DNA from: Octopus sinensis
Taxonomy: Eukaryota
NCBI RefSeq assembly: GCF_006345805.1
Contig: NC_042997.1
Location: 2,232,001 to 2,296,000 of the forward strand
Length of the DNA: 64,000 nucleotides
Reading direction: 5' to 3'
Both the position numbers and the translations under genes were made by a program. The notes beneath the pieces were generated by a model. It was not told where the DNA came from, made no database searches, and worked only from the letters and a program-made list of their open reading frames with translations. Of the stretch, positions 1 to 14,419 are shown piece after piece (position 1 is the stretch's first letter; each line of letters opens with the position of its first letter).

Positions 1-684
1 TCAAAATAAGAGGTGATAAAAATTCAAATTTATAGAAATTTAAACGTAAAGTAAGAACTAGAGCAACCAGCCTCCACACGTTGATGGAATGACATCATCA
101 GTTTTTAAGTTACAATTTTATAAAAGGCGAAAAGAAAAAGATAGAAAAACAGAGAAAATAAGACCACAGAAAACAAGGAAAGAAAAAGAGAGAAAGAAGA
201 ATATTTAATCAAACAGTTTTGTATAAATTTGATGATATTCCCCTGTCATCTTATTGATTCCTCCAGGGCGTGATGTTAATTACCCGCAAACATATTTCTC
301 CTCATCCATTCTTCCATTCTGAGAATTGAAACTGAAACAGAATACCTTCTGAAAATATACACATTCAAGTCTTCTTCATAAGGGGGAATATGTTTGCGGG
401 TTATTAATATCACGCCCTGGATGAATGAATATGATGACAGGAGAATATCACTAAATTTATACAAAACTGTTTGATTAAATATTCTTCTTTCTCTCTTTTT
501 CTTTCTTTTTTTCTGTCATCTTCTTTTTCTGTTTTTTTCTATCTTTTCCTTTTTGCCTTTTATAAAAATTATAACTTAAAAACTGATGATGTCATTCTAT
601 CAATGTGTGGGCGCTGGTTGCTCTCGTTCATATTTTACGTTTAAATTTCTGTAATTTTGAATTTTTATCACTGCTTATTTGGAG
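1..684. repeat. Long imperfect inverted repeat (~300-bp arms, ~80-bp loop), probably PLE-derived
   Basis: 1-300 is the reverse complement of ~383-684 (e.g. ccagggcgtgat / atcacgccctgg; aatcaaacagttttgtataaattt / aaatttatacaaaactgtttgatt). It may extend beyond the window start. Confidence 0.88.
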
Positions 685-845
685 CTTGACAAAAACAGTA
701 TACCTTTGTGAAGAGTTTCGTCAATCCTTTTTAATATATAATACTACTACTACTACTACTACTACTAATAATAATAATAATGATGATGATGATGATGATG
801 AGGATGAGGATGATGATGATGATGATGATGATGCTGCTGCTTCTG

Positions 846-919
<74 letters not shown>

Positions 920-924
920 AACAA

Positions 925-1957
925 CAACTATTGGCAGAGGATTATCTGAGTGAATTCCAAATGCAACAAATTCCAGAAATAGAAGTACTCGAAACAAGCA
1001 GAGAAAAGGCTAAGCGTATGAAAACCTGTGCTTTAGATATTGTTACAAATAAATGGCAAGAAAAGCCTCTCAATGGCAAATATCCAAAGAGACCTAGTAG
1101 TGCAGATGTTGACAAAGCCCTTACTATCAATGGTTTGTGCCCTCTGGCTTAAAATCAGAAACAGAAGGGTTTATCATAGCAGCCAAAGATCAATGACTAC
1201 CTACAAGGAACTACCAGGCTAACATATTAAAGAACAGCAGTAGCCCAACATGTGATTCTCAACTACAAAATGAAGCCATTGATAATGTTGTCTCCATGTG
1301 CAGTCTTCTTGTGCCTACAGAGTATCTCAACATGCATGATAAAGCAGTACAGTGTATTCACTGGGTAATCTGCAAAAACCTGGAACTACCACAAGATAAA
1401 AACAGTTTGGAACACAAATCACTCCCAGTGGAACTTTGCCATAGCAACTGACAGAAAGATACGAATAGGTCAGACATTATACTGAAAGACTTAAGACAAA
1501 AATCATACCACCTCGTTGATATGACTGTCCTAATCGACATAAATGTATTTGTGATGTCCTACTGAGCAAGTCTTGAAATAGAAATTGGCAAAATGTAGAG
1601 CCTCATGACAAAACACTACTTGTTGTCATAAGTGTCCAAGGAATCGTAGCAAAAAGAGCTTATTGCTACCTAGCTTAGATACCAGAAAACACCAAAATGG
1701 CAGAAATTCAGAAGACAGTGTTCATAAGAACTGCCCATATCTTACATAAAATACTGTGTATGTAATCTCAAATTATAAAACACAATCATGATTTTCTTAC
1801 TTTTTCTTAAACATTATTGAGAACAATACTATGCACAAAACCAATTATATAACACCATAGGCATAACACTATCATGAAATTCTAACTTGTTGTTTCTTGA
1901 GGTCTCTGTGTGAGACCTGGAGCCAACATGTACAAGTACAAAGCAAAGGCCAAATAT
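925..1957 (+). mobile_element. Decayed 3' fragment of a second Dong/R4-like subfamily
   Basis: KWQEKPLNGKYPKR..ADVDKALT, GLKSETEGFIIAAKDQ and remnants of the knuckle and RLE, with stops and frameshifts. Flanked by (AAT)n at 846-915 and 1958-2080. Confidence 0.85.
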
Positions 1958-1981
1958 AATAATAATAATAATAATAATAAT

Positions 1982-2054
<73 letters not shown>

Positions 2055-2209
2055 GTATTAATAATAAAATTAATAATAATGATAGTAATCATTATTATTT
2101 TTGTTTTTGTCGTTATCGTTATTAGTATTATCAGTTAGTGGCCGTGGTAGCATCATCATCAGCAGTAGTAGTTATCGCAGAAGTAGTAAGTATTATTATT
2201 ATTATTATT

Positions 2210-2839
2210 ACTTTTTTTTTCTTCTTTCAAATTTGCTTCCATTTCTTGCCGAGTGTCTTCCCGACTCTTAGGGCAAAGAAACTCATAGTATACATTGGTA
2301 GGCCATTAAACCAAACTCAATAGTTCGTTAATTTTTTTTAATTTAAAAAAAAAAAATTTTTTAAGTTAAATTAAAATACAAGAGCAGCAACAGTTCTCAC
2401 ATCAACAATTCTGTTCTCAATACGTGTGATGTACCAGTTAAGACAGTTTTTTGCACTTCTTGCAGGGATGGTAAGCCAGGGATCATTCTCATATAATTTT
2501 CGGTTCCCTTCTTGATCATTCCTAGTGCTCCTACGATCACTGGTATTGTAACCGCCTTGAGATGCCACATTTTCTCAATTTCAATGAGTAGGTCTTTATA
2601 TTTTCTGAGCTTGTCAAACTCTTTCGCTGAGATATTATGATCACAGGGGATGCTCATGTCGATCAATAAGCAACCTTTATTGTTTTGGTCTTTCACAACA
2701 ATATCTGGTTTATTGGCATTGATGGTTCGGTCTGTATGTACTGGAAAGTCCCACAGAATGGTTACATTTTCTCCTTCAGTTACAGCCTCAGGGTGGTGAT
2801 TATACCACTTGTCGGGAGTTTTGATATTGTAATGCCGAC

Positions 2840-2846
<7 letters not shown>
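2210..2846 (-). mobile_element. Short 3' copy of the same Dong-like family as 44047-46590
   Basis: The reverse complement is near-identical by eye to ~45971-46590 (KDQNNKGCLLIDMSIPCDHNISAKEFDKLRKYKDLLIEIEK plus the same 3' UTR). It is flanked on both sides by (ATT)n. Confidence 0.93.
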
Positions 2847-2912
<66 letters not shown>

Positions 2913-3744
2913 TTGTAGTAGTAGTAGTAGGAAGAGGAGGAGTACGAATGATCATTATTATTAGTACTGTTGTTGTTTCTGTCGATATTACTGTGGTTGC
3001 TGCTCATGTTCTTTCACTAACTATGAATAAATTTCAAAAGTCCAGTTCATGCTCGTATCTCTGCGTGCGCACGATTGAGCAACTCAAAGTATGTATGCTG
3101 GTGGTGATTAGTGACTAAACTTTCACATATATACGCATACATAAAAAATGTATTGAATTCTGAGTGAACAGATATTACTATGAAAATATATTCATATTTT
3201 GATTCAAAAGTTTTTTTCCTAATGTTCTAGATAAACATACTTTAGTCACGAAGGATAACGTAATGAATCAGGAATTTCTTAACAAAACTGGTTTTGACGG
3301 TGATACATTCTTGTAATTTAAAGCTACATATTCTTGACGGTAACATAAGCTAAGTGAATATTATTATCCCTCTAATAAAGATTTAATAACTTATATATTT
3401 AACCTTCTTCTATTTGTAATATTAATGATAGATGTAAGCGTTAAACCATTCATTTATTGCACATAATTATATCCGGCAATATCTTTCAATAAAGTAATAT
3501 CCATATTGATCTGCTATTATTGGAATATTCCATCACTACACTGCAATACGGGAAATAAACTTTTAATTTGGCTGATGATTACCGGTACATGTAAATTTAT
3601 CTTTTATAAAAGATATTTGCTTTTGGCAAGGAAATCGAATTTTCTCTATATGCCGTGACATTCATTTTTCTTGAGGTCCATCCTGTTTGCTTTATGTAAG
3701 TTTCTCTACATCTAAATGTGTTATTACTTATTAAGTTTTGAGAA

Positions 3745-4058
3745 AGCACGTGATTCAGTGGTTAGTGCATCGGGCTCTCAATCATGATGTAGTGAGTTCA
3801 ATTCCAGAACTAAGCAAGGCCCTTTATTTCACGTTGCTGCAATTCACTCAGCTGTAGAAATGAGATGTGACGTCAATGGTGCCAAGCTGTATCACCCTTT
3901 GCCTTTCCCTGGGATAACATCGGTAGGGTAGAGAGGGTGGCTGGCATGAATGTGTGACTTCTGGCCTTCAACAAACTACCTTGCCCGGACTTGAGTCTTG
4001 GGGGGAAACTTTTTAGGTTTGATGCTGTTGTCTTTCAGGACCAAAGGTGATCTTTAAC
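3745..4058 (+). mobile_element. Diverged tRNA-derived SINE related to 60438-60760
   Basis: gtgattcagtggttag, gagttcaattcc, ctttatttcacgttgct..cactcagctg. Confidence 0.75.
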
Positions 4059-4259
4059 TCACATAAAATGCGCGTTGTCATAGGAAGTATGATCAGCGGC
4101 AGCAGAATAGTTGGAACAAGATCCATTATTGGATTAACCACACATATGAAATATTTGTTTAATGCCCGTCGAATATAATTTGGCATTTACTAATATTCTC
4201 ATTTATGACTTTGGCCATATTCTACTTTTATAATATTAGTTCATCCCATAAATAATGCG

Positions 4260-4860
4260 TTTTTTAATGGTTCTTTCATTTTTCAAAATGAAAATAAACA
4301 AAGTTCTTTTTTAGTCTAAGATATATGCTCCTTCATTTTTTTGTTTACACTGTTCTTCAAGCTACCTTGTAGACATGCAAGGTTTCTTTCTTAAAATTCA
4401 CTTGTCCGTGACGAAAAATACTTCTCCGATGTTGTTTTGTTCTCGTCTACAGAATTCATAATTTTTCCGTCCAAACGATTTTGAAGACTGCAGAATAAAT
4501 AATAACCACATGGGGCAATGTCCGGCAAATCTAGTGGGTGGAGTATCGTTTCTCATTAAAACTGCTCCAGTCTTTCTAATGTCATCCGCACTGTATGTGG
4601 CCCAGCATTATCCTGATGGAAGAACACCTTCCGTCTTAAAACTAAAGATATTTGTTTTTGTTTCCAGTGATGTGTTGATAAATGGTTGAATGACCAAATC
4701 CAAGCTAGTCTGCTAGTTTTTGAACAGTTTCGACGGGATTTTGTTCCACGAGGGATTGCAGGACGTCCTCGTCAAGCTTTACAGACCTTCCGGGACTTCT
4801 AGGCTGTAGTTTCCGGCTCTGAATTCCAGAAACCACCGTTGACACTTGCTTACGCTTATT
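4260..4860 (-). mobile_element. Decayed mariner transposase C-terminal fragment
   Basis: Minus strand HQDNAGPH and HPLDLPDIAPCGYYLFCSLQNRLDGK, corresponding to the mariner HDNA / YSPDLAP-D motifs. Confidence 0.7.
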
Positions 4861-5190
4861 GTATGATCCCTATATACCGAATTAATATTCCTTAACCAGT
4901 TGAGCATCTCCCTTAGTGGCTGACAATATGTGAATCTTTGATCACAAGCAGAATTAGTGGGGGAGCATCATAGCTATGTGCCGAGAGGAATTTTTTGGGG
5001 TCTGGATAATTCACCTTTTGCTCAACATCCTTAAACAACCCTTGTTCAGGAACATCTTGAGCGGGACAGCATGACATTGTAGGCAACAGCTAGCAAGCCC
5101 GCGATGCATAAATGATTCCAGGAGTTCTAAGAAAACACTTGATAAAAAGTAATAATGACAACAATAATAATAATAACAATAACAACAACA

Positions 5191-5250
<60 letters not shown>

Positions 5251-5419
5251 AAGAAGAAGAAGAAGAAGAAAAAGAAGAAGATGAAGAAAAAGAAGGGGAG
5301 ACGAAGAAAAAGAAGAAGAAGAAGAAGAAGAAGAAGAAGAAGAGGAAGAAAAAGAAGAGGAAGAAGAAGAAGAAATAGAAGAAGAAGAAGAAGAAGAAGA
5401 AGAAGAAGAAGAAGAAGAA

Positions 5420-6194
5420 GAAAGCAAAGTCCCAACAATGGCTGAGAAGATCAGGACTCAAAGCAGAGACTGAAGGATTTGTATTTGCAACAAAAGATCA
5501 AAGCGTCCCCACCAAAAATTACCAAAAACTTATAATTAATAGAAACATAACTAGTAACTGCAGAATATATGGAGATGGTGAAGAAACAATAAATCATACT
5601 GCCTCTGGCGTCCCAGTCCTGGCTATGGAGGAATATATTCACAGACACAAGAGATTTGGTATCTTTATACACTGGAAGCTATGACAACGTTATGGAATAA
5701 CAAGAGAAAAAATGGTATAGGCACACGCCAGATAAGGTCACAGAAAGTAAGAATGCAACCATACTCTGGGATATGCCAATATACACAGATAGAGAAATTG
5801 TGGCCAATAAAACGGGTATTGTTATCAGATATCACCAACAAAAGATTGCTTTCTCATCAATGTATCAATACCAACAGCTGACAAAAATTCTCTAAACGAA
5901 ATGGAGAAACTTCCAAAGTACAAAGACCTGAAAATAGAGGTAACTCGAATATGGAGTCTAAACACGGAAAAAATTCCTATTATTTTATGCTCATTAGGTA
6001 TGACAAAAAATTTCAGGCAAATGCATAACAAAAACACCGGGACTAACAAATATATTTAACATACAGAAAATAGCACTACTAGACACCGCACACAATTTCA
6101 ATCCAGTAACAATAAGAGCATCACAACAAACCATAGCACATACTCATGTCTGCCCTCGATAGTGCAGTGAAAGAACGTAACAAAAATAAGACTA

Positions 6195-6198
<4 letters not shown>
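5420..6198 (+). mobile_element. Decayed 3' fragment of a third Dong/R4-like subfamily
   Basis: QQWLRRSGLKAETEGFVFATKDQ, CRIYGDGEETINH, ILWDMPIYTDREIVANK, KYKDLKIEVTRIW. Preceded by (AAT)n(GAA)n and followed by (AAT)n. Confidence 0.87.
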
Positions 6199-6256
<58 letters not shown>

Positions 6257-6294
6257 TGATAATAATAATAATAAAAATAATATTAATAATAATG

Positions 6295-6405
<111 letters not shown>

Positions 6406-8264
6406 TGGGGATAAATTAAGTGAATATTACGATGATTAGATCCCCAAAACATGTCGGTAGGTGGTGGAATACAGAATTCTCAATGGAAAAATCTACTCGT
6501 AAAAAAAGAAAAGGAAATATAACTCAATGAGTGAAAGTAGCACTGCATTATTTGATGTTTGAAAATGTGTTATTTCATAATACGCTTCTAAATTATTCTC
6601 CCATTTTAGCCTCTGTGCTGTAAATGTCATAAATGAAAGTTGAATTTCCGCAACTGGAAATGTAGCTTTCAAACCTAACACTTGTATCCGTATATATATT
6701 TAGCTTTTTTTTTTTTTTACATTTTTGTATAACTGAACTGCCTCATTCATTTGATATGCCTCCAGAGCTCACTTGTAAATAGCTTCGGTGTATCGTATGA
6801 CACTAATTTATGATATAAGCATATACATAATACTATTTCTAAATAAATCATTTTAACTTCTTTTTAAAAAACATTTTACATCAACTGGTGATAACATGAT
6901 ATTACCAGAAAATGAAGAAGAAATTGGAATTTACATATCGAATTCTCACGTAGATTTAACAGAAAATATAATAGATTTGTCCTTCATTTGAATGTATACG
7001 TATGTTATATGACTGAAATTTAATTCTCTTTAATACTAATGAAATGTGGTGAAACATTTCCACAACAAAGCTTCCATTTAGTTCTATATCAATAACTTCA
7101 AATTTACATGCACAACAAAACTTTTCATGTTCGATAAAGCAATCTCAACAGTTATTGATTGACTAAGTTTTATGAATAAGAGAAAAAAAACAATACATTC
7201 GAAAATTTAAACCGTTAATGATTAATTCTTAACAATCCATTATTTGAATTGTACTCGCCACCATATTTTCTCGTATTTTGAGATGTTAAAAACGCGAGGC
7301 GTTGGCTATGCTTTGTTTTTCAATTAAACGGCATTTGATGCAATTTCATTTCATGAGAGTTATACACGTAATATTCACACAAGATTTCACACGATTCTCA
7401 TTAACATACTTGCAAATAGTTGTTAGAAATGCACAACATGGGGCAAACTATAATAAATGTTCATAGCTTTTAAATATCAATTACTGAAGAATTCGAAATT
7501 AATCATGGATCATCTACTAAATCAATCGTGACAATCTCTACTTTTTATAATAAGATTAATATAACGTAATTAAAAATTGTAATTACATTTCTTGAATATG
7601 CTGGATTTGCCTATCATTGAGCACGTTACTTCATATTGCATTCTAAATAATGTGGCAACTGATGTCGTTTGAAATAATAATTTTTAGAGCAATAAAAATT
7701 GTCGTTGCAACAATGAGCACAACGTTTATTATTAATTAATCTCTTGGAGTTTCATTTAAATTTCTTCGTTATGTTATGCTTCTATTGCTCATTGATGTAA
7801 ATGTATGCACAATGCAACAGGCTCATACATTAAATATTGGGAATATGTTCACATCTTTAATATATATTTAATTCATATACAATATTTTTTTTAATTTTGA
7901 GCAGTCTTCAAAATTCTACATAAATATGCTAATCGTATTTTTATTACGCGTACGTTAGATGTACATATTGCAGTAATTGTCATTCCAGTTACAATTTTGT
8001 AAAAAACTCTCGTTTTCACGTTACGTGTCAAGAGAGATTTTTTCTTATATTATACAATAGAATAGGCTTGTCACAGCAGTTTTCAATTGTATTTATATCC
8101 ACTCGCTCTGTTTTAATTACTGTTTACGAACTAAAGGCAAATATATTTTCAATCCCAAAACTGTTCAAGTTCTAGGGAGATAGCTTACGGATGTCTATGT
8201 TTCTGTAGAGTGAAATTTACAGAAAAATATTTCGTCTGAATGTCGGAATGTCGTGAGAATATTA

Positions 8265-8577
8265 CGTACATTATTTATATTATTTACATTTGACGGATAT
8301 TTGTTTGTTGTTAACACAATATTTCGGCTGATATACCCTCTAGCCTTGGGGAAATTTCGAACCTGGGTGCCAAAATCAGAAAGTCTTTCAATATGATGGG
8401 TTTTTTGGTTTTTTTAAAATTTATATATTAGTCATTCACTGGTACAACACAAAAAAACCCCAAATATATGGCACACTAGGCATAACAACAACGTGAACTT
8501 CCAACCTGTTGTCTCTTGAGGTCTCTGGGTGAGACTTGGAGCCAACTTGTACAAACATAAAGCAAAAGTCAAACATA

Positions 8578-8625
<48 letters not shown>

Positions 8626-8639
8626 TAATAATAATAATA

Positions 8640-8675
<36 letters not shown>

Positions 8676-8828
8676 CAACAACAACATCGAAAAATACCTT
8701 AGGAATGAGAACCCAGGTTCGAAATTTCCCCCAACACAACTGATGAAGGTTCGAGGGTTTATCAGCCGAAACGTGTTAACGACAAAGAAATAGAGGACAA
8801 ATATCCGTCAATGTAAATAATGTACATA
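8265..8828. mobile_element. Inverted pair of PLE pLTR-like repeats enclosing a Dong 3' fragment and (AAT)n
   Basis: 8265-8370 is the reverse complement of 8710-8826 (acccaggttcgaaatttcccc...tcagccgaaa...caaatatccgtca...tgtaaataa). Hammerhead core at 8740-8772. Confidence 0.7.
8372..8580 (+). mobile_element. 3' UTR fragment of the second Dong-like subfamily
   Basis: Shares cttgaggtctct-ggtgaga-c-tggagccaac-tgtaca with 1896-1950 and is followed by (AAT)n. Confidence 0.75.
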
Positions 8829-8829
8829 G

Positions 8830-9245
8830 TCGCAGGATTGGCTGTGTGGTAAGTAGCTTGCTTACCAACCACATGATTCCGGGTTTAGTCCCACTGTGTG
8901 GCAACTTTGGCAAATGCTTCTATTATAGCATCGGGTCCACCAAAGCCTTGTGAGTGGATTTGGTAGACGGAAACTGAAACAAGCCCGTCGTATATATGTA
9001 TATATGTGTATGTATGTATGTATGTATGCATGTGTATATGTTTGTGTGTCTGTTTGTCCGTCTAGCATCGCTTGACAACCGATGCTGGTGTGTTTACGTC
9101 CCCGTAACGTAGCGGTTCGTCAAAAGAGACCGACAGGTTAAGTACTAGGCTTACGAAGAATAGGTCCTGGGGTCGATTTGCTCGACTAAAGGCGGTGCTC
9201 CAGCATAGCCGCAGTCAAATGACTGAAACAAGTAAACGAGTAAAA
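8830..9245 (+). mobile_element. tRNA-derived SINE with internal (TA/TG) microsatellite
   Basis: Head tggctgtgtggtaag...gggtttagtccc and CORE-like gtggcaactttggcaa. The tail is shared with 60120-60310 and 61375-61590; the head is shared with 26985-27107 and 53455-53490. Confidence 0.8.
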
Positions 9246-9478
9246 CATCCACATCTCTTAAATATAGAACTGTTGCAAGAATATTATACATTTTTCTGAA
9301 ACACCATTATGCCGAATATTTTCATGTCTTCATATATTTACCATCTTTCATGCCTAAACTGTGTATACATCAATATTGGTATTATCAAATACATCAGAAA
9401 ATATATTTTAAACTATACAAATGTAGAATAATATCAATGGAATATTTACTTATGTATCTCAATCACTCACTTTTTTTA

Positions 9479-9522
<44 letters not shown>

Positions 9523-11388
9523 CGCTCTCTGCATACATATATACATACGTACATGTATATAAGTGTGTGCGTTTGTGTATAATTCTACCAAGCTGGGTAC
9601 ATGCGAGTACGCACGCATACATACACACACACAAATGGGCTTGTTTGTGTGGTGGGGGTTATTTGTTAACCTATCTTTATGTGCATACGTATAATTATAC
9701 ATGTATGTATAAATGTATGCACTCACAGAAGAGAGAGGACGAGGGGAGATATACAGACAGCTAGATAGGAATCTGCGTTCATACACATATGTCTCTGTTG
9801 TTGTATGTATGCCTCCTATCTCTTTATCTATTGCTTGGCCGCGTGCACACGTATACGAATATAGAAATATGTGCTTTCACATACTATACACAAAGACGCT
9901 AATATGAACAAATATAATAATAGCACATATTCGTTTTATTTCTAAACCATTTTAAGGCCCATTAATTTAAAAAGTAATAAAAAAAGCATTTTTAGATCAA
10001 TTAACTGCAGCAATTTGTAAATTCCCAAAGAACATGTCTACATCATATTGGTTTCCGACCCAGTGAACATGGTATCTACTCAGCGAATCCTCTTCTTTTC
10101 ACTCCTGTATCTCTAACACTGTTTATCTACATTCTTTGGAAAGAAAGAGAAGATTCGTTCTACATTATTTTCAGTGAATTAACTTTACGAAGAAAATTCA
10201 TATATAGTGAAGAGGAGACACTTCTTTGTGTAAACTATTAAAATAGTTGAAGCGTATATATTTGAGATGGAGAAGTGGAGTAGCTGTTAAGAACTATGTT
10301 GGTTTAGTGAGAAAAGGTAAACGAAGTCAAAGTATAGGGAATGAATTTAGTAAATGGTGAAGTTACAGAGAAGTATATTATTCACGGCTTATTGACATTG
10401 TAAGCTTCATTGACTGATTTATTCAATGAATAGTAAGATAAAAATCAAAGTAATAATCAAATCTAAAAACCAACACAAATTTATAAATTCTAGAAAAATA
10501 TATAAAAAGAAATTGAAGTGTTCAGTAATTTGATAAAATTCACAAAATAAGAATATTCCAGCGGATGGGTTATAGTAAAATCACAAATATTAAATATTAT
10601 CAAATGATTTATGAGAGAAAAACAGTGTAATTTTAGCAAGTAATAAAATACCAAACACGTCAATTTATTCGTTCATTAGAAAGAAGTAGTTTTATGATGG
10701 TATTTTGGCGACGAAATTAATATATTCCCTCTCATTTTCAGGATAAGAATAAAACATAAAAGAAATATAATAATAGAAGTCTGTACATAAATGTCCATCG
10801 ACATATCGTAATGTAAGAGTTGTGAAGTTTATTAAAACATATCTAATATATATTTTACGTTAGATACAGAACTCAATATGTTGAGTAGAGTGGCTATGTA
10901 TATTTTCCATGGATACTCAACTATTCAACACTGTAAATTCGTTTCATTTCTTTGAAGTTTATATAATGTTGAACTGAACATCAACTTGATGCATGATTTA
11001 AGGCCTATTTAGTTTTCATTTTAGTGGATGGATTGCCACTTGTCCTTGTTGCTAATGTGTGTATAAATAAGAACACATCTGGAAAACGACAAGATTCTAC
11101 GCAAGTTCTGCATTAACAATGGATTAACTGGAATAATTAGAGGATGATTAAAGTATTCTTCTATATATATATATATATTTGATATGTAGATACCAACAAT
11201 ATCAGGGCATGTATAAATCTTGAAAACATAAAGAAAAATCGATTCCAGGTGAGAATTCGATCTTTATTTCTTCTTTTGCTGGTGTCTCAAATTTAGTTAA
11301 ATCTGTTTCTCAAAGGGGAGGTCTATGGGACATGGCACAAGTTCTTTTGAAAATGTGGGTGACATGTTTGACGGGGGGTGTTTTGCTC

Positions 11389-11539
<151 letters not shown>

Positions 11540-11899
11540 AAGAAACAGGGACAGGGACAGAGAGACGTAGAGACAGAGAGAGTTGTGGTACAACAAGGCA
11601 CCAAAGTTTACTAAGAATAGCATTCGATAAATTTACGACGCTATAGCAAATTTTCACTCTGAGGGCGTGTGAGGGCAGTGAATATAAAAAAAATTCGTCT
11701 TACCTATTTTAAGAACTTTAGATAAATAGACTACCCAGAATCGGATAATGTAGCCTAAGTACCCAGCTTTGCTCGGAAGATTAAAGGATGTCAAAAGAAA
11801 TAAATATATTTTTCTTATAAAAAAACATATTTTTAGAAAAATTCTGAGATGACGTGTGTATAAATAGTTATTAAAGCAAATCCTGAAAATAATCAGTTT

Positions 11900-12620
11900 G
11901 ATTTTGTAGAACTTTTAAATATACAATGTCTTCAGTGTGTCCTTTAAATGGGTTACAATTAAAAAGAGTTTGGGGATTCCAACTTGCGAATACCCTACAT
12001 AACACCCTACATGAGAGAAGTAAGGAGAAGCAAGGTTAAGTCCAACAACCTTGAACGTTTATCTTTGAGATTTTTCATCTATCTAGCAAAACTTACTTTC
12101 ACTGGGAACTGGAGTCGTTCAAATTGAAAGGGAAGGTGAGATGGGATTATCGGGATCTTGGGAATGAAGACATCCTCACACTTATACTTCCCAGTGATAA
12201 TTACTGCTTATAGAACATGTAGTTGTATCGCTTTCACCACCAGTATGGTGTCATTGCACAGGCGAGGTGGGTCGAGATTCCTGAGCAGCAAGTTCGGGGC
12301 ACCCTTTTTAAGTGTTAAGTTTTATGGGGAAATCCCAAATGGCTGCAGAGAGTTCAGGAACTCAGTTGAAAAACTACAGCTCGGTTCTGATCACTGACAG
12401 TGTCAATGTATTTGAATAAGTGTTCTTGTCCTTGCAACAGCTGCAAAATATCCCAACTGATTTTGTCGCCAGCATCATTACTTGGAGCTAATATGGCTCG
12501 CTCACATAGCCATTGATAGTTGCTAAAGTTTTGTGCATGTTTGGAAATACCTATATTTTGAGTTCATTGACAGTCGGTATCCCCTTATCACACGGTAGCT
12601 TCCGTTGTTGCCCTAATTCG
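11900..12620 (-). mobile_element. Helitron Rep/Hel PIF1-like helicase C-terminal fragment (decayed)
   Basis: Minus strand [44 protein letters not shown]...DVFIPKIPIIPSHLPFQFERLQFPVKVSFA. Confidence 0.85.
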
Positions 12621-13356
12621 CTATATAAATGATAGAAAATCATGTATCAAATGAAAATAAGATTCTGGCTCAGTGACGGATCCCTGAATTAGTATAGTTT
12701 TAATGTTTTTGCTAACAACATATTCTCACGTCTAATTAAATATGGAAAAAGACAGAAAATGGCACCCTTTTGCAGGAGAAATTTAGTTATATTGTCTTGT
12801 GAAGAGTGCATTTCATCACCTGTAACCCTTTCCAATGTCGAATATATACATGTACAACTTTTAGACTTTTCTGAAGGGGGCATTCTTTCGTTACAAACAG
12901 CGTAGTTGTTATAGTGGATGATATGGTATCATATGATTGTTCTTGAATTTCCGTAAAAATATCTATTTCTTTACCTCTTTTCAAAAGCGACATTTGCTTT
13001 GATATGTGAGCAGAAAGTGAAAGAGAGGAGAAAGGGTAAGATGTATGTACATGTATATGAAAGGGAGGTGAGCGTGCGTGAGAGAGAGAGAGAGAGAAAG
13101 AGTGAGTGAAGGTGTGTTGTCATGTCTTCTATCTCTGCCTCTCTCTCTCACACACAAACACGTCTTTCACATACACGTACATGCATGCATTTTTTGTATG
13201 TGCATGTGTGCATGAGAGAGGGAGAGCGAGCGAGAGAAGGTTTGCGTTTTCATGTACATATCAGTGGCACTCAATCTCACTCTCTCTCTCTCTCACAAAC
13301 ACACACATCTTTCATATACACGTACATACATAAATACACATGCATATATCTTCTTC

Positions 13357-13413
<57 letters not shown>

Positions 13414-14419
13414 CGATATCCAAACATATATACATCGGATTCAAATGCGAAATATCAAGTCTTAAGACGAGTTGCTTCAAAAATATCCACAAAAATGTAT
13501 TAGAAGTTTATTAAGTTATAACATTTTCTAATTCCAATCCAAGTACAAATATTCACATCTGATTTAAATATGAAATATCGAGAGTGTACTCTAGCAAATT
13601 TTATTAGGTCTATTCCACGAAAATATTATTTCGATAACACATGTCCATATCTATCACTAATGTTACGGGAATATTGAACTTTAAAATTTATTAAGTTGGT
13701 CGTATGAATTCAAAAGATATCCTACAATGTATGAATGAATGGCTTATATCAATGTAATAAGAGTTTTCGCCGGGGGGCGTCCGTATGAATATCTTTCGTT
13801 ATTTAGAAAGCTTACTGTTTCTTTTTGTTCTGAAATTACATATGTTGTGTGTAACATAGAATTCTAAGTTCTACAGTATAGTTATTCCAGTTCTTTGCGG
13901 AGGCCCGATGCGACAGCAAATGTTGCAGTATTTAGTGCCGGCCCTGTTGTTAACAAATTTATGTTTTAGGGTTACAGTTAGGGTTAGTATTTAGCGAATA
14001 AGGTGTCAGTGTAAATATTTACCAAATTTGTATCCAGCCACAATTATGTTCATCATTAACCAACTTTGTGTGAAAGTGTTGTGTGACATTTCTCTGCACG
14101 TGACAGGACCGTTCACAGAAATTTTGTCTCAGGAATGTACTTTTATATATATATTACTGCCAATTCATTGGATTAATCCGAACAAAATAGAGGTTTAGTC
14201 ACTCACTCAACACCTATGATCCTGTTCTTCATTCCAAAATAATAAATACTTTAGCATACTTCCAAAATGGCACCTCGTCCATGTGTATACGCGTACATAT
14301 ATCTGCATGTGTCAGTGTATGTGTGTGTGTGTGGGGGGGGGTTAGCGTGCAAATAAAACATTTACGGAAAGGTATTCATAAAAATTGGATTAAAATAAGT
14401 TATCTTTATATGCCTTGTT

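Noticed and set aside
605-997. Poly-N/D/I/L/Y ORFs here and the many YIYI/HTHT ORFs elsewhere
   Set aside because: Stop-free frames of tri- and dinucleotide microsatellites.
13965-13990. Interstitial telomeric repeat (TTAGGG)
   Set aside because: Only two exact units in degenerate context, which is too short to support.
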